From Octopus vulgaris (taxonomy: Eukaryota), in NCBI GenBank assembly GCA_951406725.2, contig OX597828.1:52948001-53012000 (forward strand): a stretch of 64,000 bases of DNA, in the 5' to 3' direction. This document shows positions 28,068 to 42,377 of this stretch, in pieces; position 1 is the first letter of the stretch, and every line of letters starts with the position of its first letter. A program made the translations under genes and the position numbers. Below the pieces are notes generated by a model. That model had not been told where the DNA came from and did not search any database. It worked only from the letters and a program-made list of their open reading frames with translations.

Positions 28068-28106
<39 letters not shown>

Positions 28107-28395
28107 TAATAGTAATAATAATAATAATAATAATAACAACAATAATTCTTCTTCTTCTTATTATTATTATTATTAAAGCGGCAAGCTGGCAGACTCGTTA
28201 GCACGCCGGTCAGAAAAAGTTTAGCGGTATTTCGTCCGACTTTACGTTTTGAGATCAGATTCCACCGAATTCGACTTTGCCTTTCATCTTTTCGGGGTCG
28301 ATGAAATAAGTACCAGTTGAGCACTGGGGGGTTGATGTCACCAAAACTTTGTCACTCCTCAAAATTCCTGGCCCTGGTGACAAAATAAGGAGAGG
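27648..28395 (+). mobile_element. Three family A SINE copies (tail ii) separated by (AAT/ATT)n
   Basis: Copies at ~27648-27868, ~27920-28068 and ~28176-28395. Confidence 0.85.
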
Positions 28396-28411
28396 CTATC
28401 ATTGTTATTAC

Positions 28412-28863
28412 CATTGTTGTTGGGACAATATTGTGGGACTGCGATGGCGCATGAATGACAGAGTAAGAGACAGCGGCGTTGTCGACCTGCCTCCCCCTCC
28501 TCCTCCTCCCCTCCTTCTGCCTCTACTACCACTACTACTGTCGCTACTACACCAATTGTCGCTGCTGCTGCTGCTGCTGCTTCTATTACTATTGCTGTTA
28601 TTACTACCACTACTACTACTACTGCTACTACCACAACTCCAGCAGCTGGGAGGGCGCTGCGGTTGTTGTGCTTTCTTGATTTCCACTCCGTGTGTGAAAA
28701 GGGACACTCTTTTTTTTCTCCTCTCTGTATGTCTGTTCGTTACTGGTGTTGGTGTTGGTGGTGTCTGTTGCTGTTGTTGTTGTTGTCGTTGTTGATGGGT
28801 ACCCCAGAGATGCTCTACGTCGACCTGTAGTGATGTGAAGTGTCTTCGATTGAAAAAAAACAT
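28412..28863 (-). CDS. Candidate low-complexity coding exon (Gln/Ser/Gly-rich) of an unidentified gene
   Basis: GC-enriched open frame MFFFNRR...RRKKRVSLF...MRHRSPTILSQQQ ending at ATG|GTAATA possible donor; alternative acceptor CACTACAG| before 28824; could instead be 5' UTR. Confidence 0.4.
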
Positions 28864-29860
28864 GCTACGATGATGATGATGATGATGATGAAGACGACGA
28901 CGACGGCGATGATGATGATAACAACGACGACGACGATGACGATGATGATGATTCGATGGACTCTTGCTTGAAACATTAAGATTATCGCTTATTATTATTA
29001 TTATTATTATCATCATTATTATTACCATTATTAGTATTATTCCTTTCATCTGAATTATCGTCATCATTGTTATCTATAATCGTTGTCGTTTATTTCATCA
29101 TTCGATAAACAACAACAACAACAACACCAACGACAACAACATTGTCAAAGGAAGAAATAATACAACAGAAAACAAATACGAAAAAAAGTATATAAAAATA
29201 TTAATTATAATAATAATAATAATAATAATATTAATAATCAGAACTTGAAGGGAAAAAAAACAACAACACCAAAAACAAAAAACGAAGCTTCACGAAAGAG
29301 CAACGAAACAACACGAACAGCAGTAATCATCATCATCATCGTCAACTTTCTTGAAAACAAATACTACAATCACTACTAATACTACCACTATTACTATTAT
29401 TATTACTGTTCCAAAAACTGGGAAGATAACAACGGGAAGAACGATATGATCAACCTCAGCAAGAACAAAGCCAAGAACATGAGACAAGGTTAAAAAATCC
29501 TTATTAATCTCTTCTGTATATTTGCAATTAGTAATATTGTCATTCTTATTCTTAACCATCGCCACTTCTCCTTGATACCGCCGCCATCCACCGCTTACAA
29601 CTGTTATGATTTGAAAGAAACGTGGACAACCCATTATCACATTACCGTGAAGAAAAAAGCGACGACTTTACCACCAAGAACACATCACGGACATATATAT
29701 ACATAGATATATATATATATTCATACACATACTTTGGATCGATAAGAATATCTCTCCCCTTCCTCATCTCACCTGTCTTACAAACATACATATATATATA
29801 CACTCACACAGGTACACAAAAAACACTCATTGGTATTCCGTTTATTTATTTATCCCTCAT

Positions 29861-29913
<53 letters not shown>

Positions 29914-30013
29914 CATATACACAAGCTCACAAATACACACAACACACATATACAGATATATTGCAAAAGTACGCGCGCACATAAACGTACACATATAAAC
30001 AAATACACACATT

Positions 30014-30045
<32 letters not shown>

Positions 30046-30431
30046 AGTATACATAAATTCTTTATTTATATACACGTCGCAATCAACACACACTACCTCA
30101 GTTTATATATAAATACACACACACACGCACGAAAAATAGACTATATATACACATTACATTTAAATAACAACAATTAGAACAACAAAATAATCATAATTAT
30201 AACAATAATAATAAAACACCTGGCCCTTATCCTCACCTGATTTCTACAAAAGGAAAAAAAAATTAACAGAAAAATTATATATTTCTCTACGTCATCTTTA
30301 TCATACAAAAATCGCCGCAACCTGGGTTGGTTCCTACAGTTAACTTCTTATTATTATTGTTTTGGTGGGTGAGTGCGTGGCAACGCACCAGTTCTAAAAC
30401 AGTCAAAATTTCACCATCAAAGGCAGAGAAC

Positions 30432-30453
30432 ATGACCGAGACTCAAGCAAAAC
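30432..30453 (+). CDS. Candidate first coding exon MTETQAK (phase 1)
   Basis: AGAAC-ATG context and a strong AAC|GTAAGT donor in unique sequence; no confirmed downstream exon. Confidence 0.3.
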
Positions 30454-31007
30454 GTAAGTTCCCTAATGTCCCATTCATCACGTTTTAATTATATTATATC
30501 ATCTAATGAACTTCAATGGTAAAATTCCAATTGATCCTCATTACGATTACTTTTAATTATTTTTTTTAATTTTCGAACATTTTCTTTGTCACCTGAAATC
30601 TTTCTTTTTTATATTTTATTCCATTTTTTGTATGCATTTTTTTTCTTTTCATTTATGTATTTTTTTCGTTATTTGAGTTCGTTTCATTTTCTTGGTCAAT
30701 CGATTTTGTTCGCGTTACGTTTTGTTATTGTTGTTCTTATACACGTACGTAGCGGCGGTTGAGAGTTGTATGTGAGGAGTGTTGACTTGGTACAGTTGTT
30801 TGTTTATCGATCTATGTAAGTCATGTATTTGTCTATCTCTCTGTCTGTCTGTCTGTCCATACAAGCTACCATTTATTTATTCATTTACCTACATATTTAT
30901 ATAATTATCTACTATTTTATTTATCGCTACATACATCGGTTAGTGACATTGTGGACGTGTTTGCAACGCTTGGTCTACTTCTTTCTTAGTGTGCTTGTTT
31001 CTCTACT

Positions 31008-31394
<387 letters not shown>

Positions 31395-32498
31395 GTGTCC
31401 GTATCTTCAAATATATTCATTTATCTGCAAATACCTATTGTTCGGACAGGAAACCCGCATGTAATCATATACACACTCGCATGTATACTTGTGTGTGTAT
31501 GGATATATACATTGCTACACACACACACACACACATATGTATGTATTATATATACGATATGGTAGTACACAATAACTCTTCTATTATTTAACTAAACTTA
31601 TATATTTTTTTTAATCGGGTAATTGAAAGACAGCAATTAAAAGTACAACCAGTGCATGTCTAATTATTTGAAAAATGATCATCCGCGAAATACACACACA
31701 TACACACATGCTCACAGATAGATAGAGAGATAGAAAGATTGATAGATATGCAAATATGCAAGAATACATGTGTGTGAGTGTACCCAAACATTTCTTTAAG
31801 ACTACATGTGCTTGTACACACATACACATACGTATATACACTCTATACAAAATTTGTGTTTGGTAAATGTATTCATTACATATGTATATATATACCCATA
31901 TCTATATAAAATTATGTATATGGTTTATACATACCTATGTAATATTTATGAAGAATACCTATACATGTATGTATATGCATACATATTTGTATATATATGT
32001 ATATATATATATATGCATGTATATATATATATACTAGTATATATATATACAAGTATATATATATACATGTATATATATATGCATGTGTATATATATACAT
32101 ATATATATATATGCATGTGTATATATATATGCATGTGTATATATATATGCATGTGTATATATATATACATATGTATATATATACATATGTTTATATATAT
32201 ACATGTATGTATATATATATATATATATAATATACATACATAAATATATATACACGCATAGGCATTGGAATAAAAGCTAGTAATACGTATATGTATTAAA
32301 ATTCGTCAATATATTTGTATGTATGATTGATCTATTTAAATGTATTTACATATATTTTATATATTGTTACATATTTACTATAAATATAACGTTGATAACT
32401 TTGATAGGTTTCGGCCAGAATAGGCCCAGGCTATGTCTAACTTAATAGCATACATATGATATTTTGTATTTATGGAATATACAACCTACAGCACATAA

Positions 32499-32752
32499 CA
32501 GTGTTTCTCAAATGGGGTCCATATGGCCCTTGGTGGGGTGAATAAGATTTGTTGTTAAAATTCATGCAAAATAAATTTGTTATTTTCAATCGAAACACAA
32601 AATATTTTAACAATATATAATTTTTAAATACAATCCCTCACAAAATTCAATCAAAAATGTCACAGGATTTTTTAAACATCGAATGGCTTGAAGGGTTCAC
32701 CTGGGTAAAATAGGAATATAAGAGATTCATAGTTAAAAATGCTTGAACACTG
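32499..32752. mobile_element. hAT (Charlie-like) MITE, degenerate
   Basis: CAGTGTTTCTCAA ... TTGAACACTG ends; interior related to 35570-35909; TSD not retained. Confidence 0.65.
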
Positions 32753-32949
32753 ATCTACAAGATATCCCACGATGTTAGCTTTAGTATACCATGAGCCTTT
32801 ACGATATCGGACAAAAAGTTTTGTTTATTTCCCCAAAATTCGCTTATTGAACTCAATACATCTTTACATTATATCTTGTACTGTTTCATATATGTTATGC
32901 ATACTAAACGTGAAACACACACATACACACATACACACACATATTTATA

Positions 32950-33153
32950 CAGGGTGACTCAAAATTAGGTTTACAGTTATTCAACTTCCTCGCATTTATA
33001 TGTTAACAGTTTAAATCTTAATTAGAAAAAACATATGAAACCATTATTCTATGCTAATTTAGTTAATTGTAAAATAGAAATTTAAATGTAATGTTTTAAA
33101 AGAAATTTAAAGTACCTATGTGATAATTATAAACCTACTTTGGGGCCAGCCTG
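32950..33153. mobile_element. Tc1/mariner-type MITE
   Basis: ~30-bp imperfect TIRs CAGGGTGACTCAAAATTAGGTTTACAGTTAT / ATAATTATAAACCTACTTTGGGGCCAGCCTG, preceded by TA. Confidence 0.75.
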
Positions 33154-33161
33154 TGTATATA

Positions 33162-33318
33162 CCGTATTTTAACGTCTATAAGGAACCCCTAATTTTGGGG
33201 GGGCTTAAATTCGAAAGAAGGTTTTGTATACGACTATAATACTATCCATGTATAAGAAACTCCCTTATTTTTTAACCTAATTTTTGACAAAGGTTTCCTT
33301 ATACACATTAAAATACAG
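33162..33318. mobile_element. pogo/Tigger-type MITE
   Basis: TIRs CCGTATTTTAACGTCTATAAGGAACC / GGTTTCCTTATACACATTAAAATACAG, preceded by TA. Confidence 0.75.
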
Positions 33319-33324
33319 TGTGTG

Positions 33325-33361
<37 letters not shown>

Positions 33362-33663
33362 GTGTGTTATATTATATTATATTATGTTCTATGTATAGTT
33401 CCAAGCATGTGCAAATATATATGGCGTTTGTGTGCTTGGGTCATATACAGGTATATAATTCGTATTTGTAAATGAATGCTTCAAACGCGCGCGTGCACAC
33501 ACACACATACAAACACAAACACACACACACACGCGTATTTGTGTGTTTATATACATACATATATAGATATATATACACACACGGATTCTGGTGTAACGTA
33601 ACTTAATTTAAGACAATTCATAGGATATCAAGATCAGTCGTATTATATGTTTGCGTTTACATA

Positions 33664-33703
<40 letters not shown>

Positions 33704-34011
33704 GAAGAGCAAAAATATATTTATACGAACATATATTACAATTCGTTCATTTGTGTGTATATGCATGATTCATATACACAAATGTGTTTACATATATTTT
33801 ATACATTGTAATATATCTAGTAAACGATATATAATATATATATAGGCACATTTGTTTTGATGTGTGTATAAGCGCCTTGTCATGAATATCTGTATTTCAC
33901 AATCTCTTTTTACCTCCTTATGTTATTTGTAACTGTAATAAAATGAGCTTCAAATTTGCAGGTGCCCAAACATACCTGCATAACTATAAAAATAAATTAC
34001 CTGATAGGTTT

Positions 34012-34057
<46 letters not shown>

Positions 34058-34454
34058 ACACACATATATATGTAGATAGGTAGATATGTAGATAGGTAGG
34101 CAGGTTGGTAGATAGATAGATATGCAGATAGATATCCCTCATTCAGCAATTTCCAAACTATTAAAGGAGGATTGATGTAGAAGTACAAACAAACACCACT
34201 TGGCGCGGTGCCCCCCAGTAAGATCACTGCTCTCGAGCCGAAACAAGTCAAAGGGTGTGTGTGTATATATATATATACACGCATACGCACAAACACTTAT
34301 TGAGTGTCTCTAAAAGAAACTGAACCTAAATAATACCTGTTTTATAATATGTATAAATATAATGTATAATATATAATGCACAAAATATGTCAAATTATAC
34401 GTCACCATTTTGTACAAGCATATCTGTTTATCTAGTTATCTATCTATCTATCTA

Positions 34455-34485
<31 letters not shown>

Positions 34486-34581
34486 GTATATATATATATG
34501 TGTGTATGTATATATATATATATATAGGGAGAGAGAGAGAGAGAGAGAGAGAGATACATAGATAGATAACTAGATAAACAG

Positions 34582-34628
<47 letters not shown>

Positions 34629-34739
34629 TCATTTATTTCTTCATGTAATACGTTTATTTATTGAGCGTTATATTCATTGATATATAGATAATTATACACC
34701 CTTGCATATATAACTTAGATAACTCAGTTAATTTTGGGC

Positions 34740-35530
34740 CATTAATGGCCCAGATCCTGTCTAATTTAATACACCGCCTGGTGTACCTTGTTTTGAAGTC
34801 CTGGTTTAGAACAACATAAACCATTCCTGTAGGTCGATCTTTATTAATGTGCTAGTGATAGGTCTGGAGTTTCTTGGGTGTATTTATCCAAGTACTGCTA
34901 AAATGTCACGCAGTTTCCTTTTCCATTTCTTTCCAAATAATGTTGAATCATTCAGGATAACAAAGAAAAAAATGGAATTTCTTTCGTAATGTTGCTAGCT
35001 GAAGTGAGTTCGATTTTTGTTGGGTGCGTATAGCTCTGGGCCCAGTCCTTGGGCAACTTGTAAACTTGATACCGATATCTTTTGGACAATGTTCAGGAAG
35101 TATTTCCCAAATTGTGCAGATGATAGAGTGTTCACAGAGGCTCTGGATAGAAATAATTATACCCTTGTTAAGGCGGTAGCCGAGACCCAACAATCAAGGC
35201 CTGGCAACCCATTACTTTTATTTATTTTTTTTTTTCATATGACCCTTTTCTGGAGTGCTTCAGCTTTTTATACAGTAAAGCTGTGTATACGGAAACCCTA
35301 GTGGGACAGCAATATTCAAGGCAAACGCAGAGACGAGACAAATAATGGTATCAGGACCTCCTAAATAGAAATTTCTAATGATACATAAGTAATCCTTAAT
35401 TGCATTCTGAGAGCCTTAACAGCTTTCTTGTTGTGTGCACTACAGCTTAGGCTGTTACTCACAGTTACACATAAGTCTGTTATTTGAGGCTCTAAGGAGC
35501 TCGCCCGAGGCAAGAGGATATGGCTGTTTA
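34740..35530 (-). mobile_element. Decayed CR1-type LINE, 3' end of ORF2
   Basis: Frameshifted DLCVTVSNSLSCSAHNKKAV, EVLIPLF, LEYCCPL, TIWEILPEHCPKDIGIKF, QYLDKYTQETPD, typical of the post-RT region of CR1/L2 ORF2. Confidence 0.8.
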
Positions 35531-35569
35531 AGTATATTCTCTTTTTCCATTAATTATAGTCTCTTATAC

Positions 35570-35909
35570 CAGTGGTTCTGAACCGGTGCCCATATGGCCC
35601 CTGAAGGTCCATATAAGATTTTTGGGGGTCCACACAAGGAAATAGTAAATACAATAGTGTTTTAATTGCCCCTGAAAAAATTTTGCCTTAAATGTATTTA
35701 TTACTATGTATTGCAAAAAACCAAAAAAAAAACAACTAGGTTTCTTTTTCTACGACCTGCGCAAGTTAATGGGAGAAAAAATGGGAATTTTGAAAGAAGT
35801 TTCTATAATATTCGTTTATATACATTGATTGGATATCGGGGGTCCACCAGAATAAAATAATAATCAAAGGGGACTATAGATTAACAAAAAAATTATTGCG
35901 AAAAACCTG
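35570..35909. mobile_element. hAT MITE with perfect 8-bp TSD
   Basis: CAGTGGTTC...AAAACCTG flanked by TCTTATAC at 35562-35569 and 35910-35917. Confidence 0.88.
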
Positions 35910-36020
35910 TCTTATACGGAAGCCTGTAAAAGAAAGCACCGAATTCTTTACTGTACAAGCAAATGCATTTTGGATAAAATACACTTATGACTATATGTAT
36001 GTATACATATATAGATTTGT

Positions 36021-36055
<35 letters not shown>

Positions 36056-36334
36056 TATATGTTTGCGTGCATTTTTGTTCTTAATTAATTTTTTAAAACC
36101 AAAACAAGTTTGAAACTAATCGAACTAGTCGACGATTAGTATAATTTATCTGGTATTTTAATGCGTTGTTAACTAACAACAGTTTTTCTCTGATTTCCTG
36201 AAGAGGTCCTAAACTTGAAATTGAAATACCACACTTTGTTATTTTTTTATTAAAATAATTAAAACATTTATATATATTAGACAATGCTTCATGAAGACTA
36301 TGCTACTTTAATATACACACACATTTGTACATGT

Positions 36335-36385
<51 letters not shown>

Positions 36386-36419
36386 ATATATATGTATGTG
36401 TATATATATACACATACAC

Positions 36420-36537
36420 ACACAGGAGTGACTGTGTGGTAAGTAGCTTGCTTACCAACCATATGTCTCTGGGTTCAGTCCCACTGCGTGGCACCAAGGG
36501 CAAGTTTCTTCTAGGAAACTGAAAGAAGCCCGTCCTG

Positions 36538-36585
<48 letters not shown>

Positions 36586-36785
36586 GTGTTTGTGTGTCTG
36601 TGTTTGTCCCACCAACATCGCTTGACAACCGATGCTGGTGTATTTACGACCCCGTAACTTAGCGGTTCTTCAAATAAGTACTAGGCTTACAAAGAATAAG
36701 TCCTGGGGTCGATTTAAGCGGCTAAAGGCGGTGTTCCAACATGGCCGTAGTCAAATGACTGAAACAAATACAAGAGTAAAGAGTA
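36420..36785 (+). mobile_element. SINE family B with internal deletions
   Basis: Matches family B. Confidence 0.9.
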
Positions 36786-36908
36786 ATATATATACACATG
36801 AGCGTCCAATAATACTATATTTGTTCTACGTCCTCGCGTTGTGGTGTTTTTTGTGCTTTCTTGTTTGGATTAACTTTATATATATTTATATATACACACA
36901 CACATATT

Positions 36909-36940
<32 letters not shown>

Positions 36941-37480
36941 CACACATATTTATATATATATGTATATATACATACACACATATTTATATATATATTTATA
37001 TATACACACACCCATATTTATATATATATGTATATATACATACACATATATTTATCTATATATATTATATACGCGCACATATAATGTATATATATATATA
37101 TATGTGTGTGTGTATATATACTCACATGTGTTTGTGTGTGTGTGTTTATAAAACTCTACCGACATGATTTGGGACAACTTTATAATAACATAATTTCCTC
37201 CTGTTTTTTCTCTCTTCCCCCTCACTCCGTGACCACCCTCACATATAAATTTCACACGCTCACACACATCCTACCTTAGACTGTAAAATAAGTAATATAA
37301 GGTATTAATAATAATAATCATTATTTAACTTCGGGTCCTTGGCCCCTTACCATCTTTCGTAGGGATATTGCGCCATCTCAGGACAAAATAGCTTTATATA
37401 GAACGTCTATGAATTAGTGTGTCGTAAATACTTTCTACAATGTTTCCCTCTTAGCAAATGAAGAAGTAGCAAAATATGCT

Positions 37481-37546
<66 letters not shown>

Positions 37547-37585
37547 ATAATAATAATAATAATAATAATGTTAATAATAATAATG

Positions 37586-37801
37586 ATGGATGGGTTACTC
37601 GACCAGAAGAAAATTCTGACCGGGCCCCACCTGCAAGGTCATGTGCTGTTTATCTTGATATGAGATCACCATGTCATGCACATATGGTTGTGATGCATTA
37701 GCCTAGTGTACCCTTATCAGACGGGTAGTCATGATAGGTGTACTGGTCTTCGTATATTTTACCCCAGTGCCACTTTGATGGCATGCACTGCTCTCTTACT
37801 C

Positions 37802-37802
<1 letters not shown>
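37586..37802 (+). mobile_element. 5'-truncated retroposon 3' end with (AAT)n tail; shorter copy at ~16099-16142
   Basis: Shared terminus ACCCCAGTG..ACTTTGATGGCATGCACTGCTCTCT.ACTC then (AAT)n in both copies. Confidence 0.7.
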
Positions 37803-37838
<36 letters not shown>

Positions 37839-38318
37839 GCACAAGGCCTGAAATTTCGGGGTAGGGGATTAGTCGATTACATTGATCTCAGTGCTCAACT
37901 AGTACTCAATTTATTGACCTCGAAAGGATGTAAGGTAAAGTCGACCTCGACGGAATTTGAACATAGAACGTAGTAATAATAGTAATTATAATAATTTTGG
38001 GGTCTAATATTGAGGAGCAAAGTATGTAAGAAAAGTCCTCGATATCTAAGGAGACTGGTTGTGACCCGGTATCTAGGGCATTGATTCTGAATGTAAAACA
38101 TTCGTGCACACCATGAATAATAATAAGGGTAAATAGAAAGTAGGATATTGTCCTGTAATTTACATTAAAAGTATTGTCACACACACACACACGCACACAC
38201 AAATGCGCGCGCTGAAACACCCTTGCGTATGTTCATGTATGTTTATATGAACATGTATTTCGTATATTCCAATTAAACACACACATATAGCATATGTACA
38301 TGTGTATATGTATTAATA

Positions 38319-38372
<54 letters not shown>

Positions 38373-38426
38373 TATGTATATTATATAAGATTTGAAGTAT
38401 ATATAATAGTATATACATTTATTTAC

Positions 38427-38460
<34 letters not shown>

Positions 38461-39061
38461 ATATATATATGTGTGTGTGTGTGTATGAATTTCTGTGCGT
38501 ATGACCGCATTGCTTCCTGGCTTATAGACTCAGCCTTTCTGGACCTAAATCCACAAACATCACATATTTAAAATTAGGATAAAGCCCCATTCCACCGCTT
38601 TGTTTCTGTGTTCCATAGGTTCACCTGCCTATGGCACAAAGTCTGTTACTCCCATAAAAGTTGGAAAAGAAACCTTTCATTTCTTTCGCTCAGCAAAAGG
38701 CTAAGAAGTTTAAAAATTGAAGTATAAATATATTTTTAATGCAAAAATAAAATGACTTTCTGTGAGAATAGTAGTTTGTGACACTATTTCAGCTTTCGGT
38801 ACTAAAACACTCTTCGTGTTTGTTCGGGATAAGCTAGATTTGTGTAGGAACTTTCTTACTGATAAAGGCCTATCCCAGCAAATGTGATCCTTAGAAAATA
38901 AATTCATAGGCCGTTTCGTTAAATTGAGTCTTTTGTTCCAAATCCTTATGTCATTTAATGCATGTAATTGTTCTTTACTTAACGGTAATGCTTTTTATAC
39001 GTATGTATGTATGTATGTATGTATGTATGTATGTATGTATGTATGTATGTATGTATGTATG

Positions 39062-39094
<33 letters not shown>

Positions 39095-39127
39095 GCATTC
39101 CCAAATAAAATCGCGCTTTATTTTTGA

Positions 39128-39208
39128 AACTCCGATGAAGCTAGAGGGCGATACACGAGTACTCAAATATGAGTGCATTGTATTTTGTAGCAGAAACAGT
39201 TGTAAGCT
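39128..39208 (+). ncRNA. Hammerhead-like motif with extended stem II
   Basis: AACT-CCGATGA-A-GCTA...(TACTCA-AATA-TGAGTG)...TAGC-A-GAAACAGTTGT-A-AGCT. Confidence 0.55.
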
Positions 39209-39300
39209 AATGAAGTTGATTGTCACGAGCTAAACTAAATGTCTGTCCTAAAGGGTGGTTATTTGGCTTGTCTACTCCTCTTCCCTTTTACCTATCTATC

Positions 39301-40238
<938 letters not shown>

Positions 40239-40830
40239 GTTTCAAATTTTGGCACAAGGTTAGAATCTTCGGGGAAGGGACTAGTCGTTGACATCAACCG
40301 CTGTGTTCAACTGGTAATTATTTTATCGACACGGATGAAAGTTGAAGTCGTACAAAATACATCATTTTAATTCTGTAAATATGTCTTATTAATTAATGTA
40401 GTCAGTATTGTTTCGTCTTTTGAAATAATTCCTTATATAGAACATGATTGCAACTCACAGACAGTGGCAAGAAAGCCCTCGCTAAACGGCTGCTGAAACT
40501 GCTAGAAATAGCAACAAAATCTCATCTTTGTTCAAAGCTCTAGACAGTGTCCCATCAAAGGAATTATATTTTAGATGTTTAGTTACTCAGTACACTATCC
40601 TTAAAGAAAAAAAAAAACACGGTGGTGACCACTAGAGTTTGGCATAGGTAGAGTATAATATGATTAAAACAATTATAATTTTTTAAAAGCAATTTTTTAA
40701 ATATTAATCACTTGATAAAGAAATGAGATTAATCCCCGTGAAAGGCAACTTAAGTTTTCAACCTTCAAGGGGTCGATTAATATTGTCCGTTTTACTCTAA
40801 TTGCACACCCTTCCTGATTATTATTATTAA

Positions 40831-40888
<58 letters not shown>

Positions 40889-41845
40889 CATTATTATTAT
40901 GAACATATGACTTAGACTTGCTAGAATGTTTAGGCAAATTCTTGCTGTGTCTAAGTTTACGTTCCTTTCTCCGATGTGTCAAATTTTCATAACCCTGTGT
41001 TCTACAAAATAACCTGAATATGTCAATTTCTAGAATCTATCCTGGAAATAATTTAATCAAAATAATTAAATCTAAATGTGTTTAATTAATTCTCATATGT
41101 TGGTTGAACCCCTGCTTCTGTTGAGGGACCGAAAAGTCAGATTTCTCATTTATTACTGCAATTATTATTATTATTTTATTTTTTTGTCTAAATCCTCAGT
41201 CCTTTTTTTTATATAGTACCTAAACATAGATGCAGGCGTGGCTGTGTAGGAAGAAGTTTGCTTCCCAAACACATAATTCTGGGTTCAGAAATGTGGTCGA
41301 TTCATTCGACCAAAATTCTTTAAGTCAGTACCCCAGCATGGCCGCAGTTTAATGACTGAAATACGAAAACGATAAAAGATATAATAAACAGTAATTAATA
41401 TTATTTCTATTCTCGCAGTCAAATTCCTAAACTTATATTCTACGGGTTTTAGCTTAGAATTATGAAATTTTGTCTTCTAAATATTTTTTCTTGTCCCGGG
41501 CAGATTTTATCAAGGTTTTCTCTTTTCTTCTCTTTTACAATTTATTTATTCTTTCTTATGCTTTTGATATCTAATTGAAATCTTATAGAGATTTAGTTGA
41601 TGAAATATTTTGTTCAAAATAAAAATTAAACAGAGAAAAAAGTTATGAGTAGTGTCAGAGGAAAGTGGCGGATTGTAGAATGGCTAGGGTTGTACTTAGG
41701 TCTAAGTTCAAATCCCGCAGAGGTTAGCTTTGCCTTTAGTTACTCTGGACTCGAGAAAATGAGGACCCAGTCTAGCATCTGGGGCGTAAAATTGATTATT
41801 ACTGGTTAAGATTACCGGACGAATCTGCATAATATTGCTTGCATT

Positions 41846-41902
<57 letters not shown>

Positions 41903-42043
41903 AAGTATAATAGCCATCTCAATATGGCTAACCGCAAAGGGTGGGTGTTACTGTAGCTTTGTGGTTAGCCATATTGAGATGGCTATTATACTTTACATTG
42001 TCGAGCGGTTACTGTTTACATCTGGTTCAGAGATTTATTATTG

Positions 42044-42152
<109 letters not shown>

Positions 42153-42314
42153 TATATATATTATATATATATATATATTATATATATATATATTATATAT
42201 ATATTTTATATATTTATATATATATATATTATTATTATTATATATTTTATATATATATATTTATATATATATATATATATTATTATATATATATTTATAT
42301 ATATATATTTATAT

Positions 42315-42377
<63 letters not shown>

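Noticed and set aside
29290-29640. 116-aa ORF with an apparent transmembrane helix
   Set aside because: The hydrophobic and acidic stretches derive from (TAG/TAA/GAT)n repeats and no splice or homology support is visible; more likely UTR or non-coding.
36195-36230. CTGAAGA-GGT...ACTT-GAAA hammerhead remnant
   Set aside because: Stem III and the cleavage triplet are missing, so it is not counted as a ribozyme.
40501-40514. GCTAGAAATAGCAA is identical to part of the engineered SpCas9 sgRNA scaffold
   Set aside because: Only 14 nt match, the flanks do not, and degenerate copies occur throughout endogenous repeats; coincidence, not CRISPR or vector.
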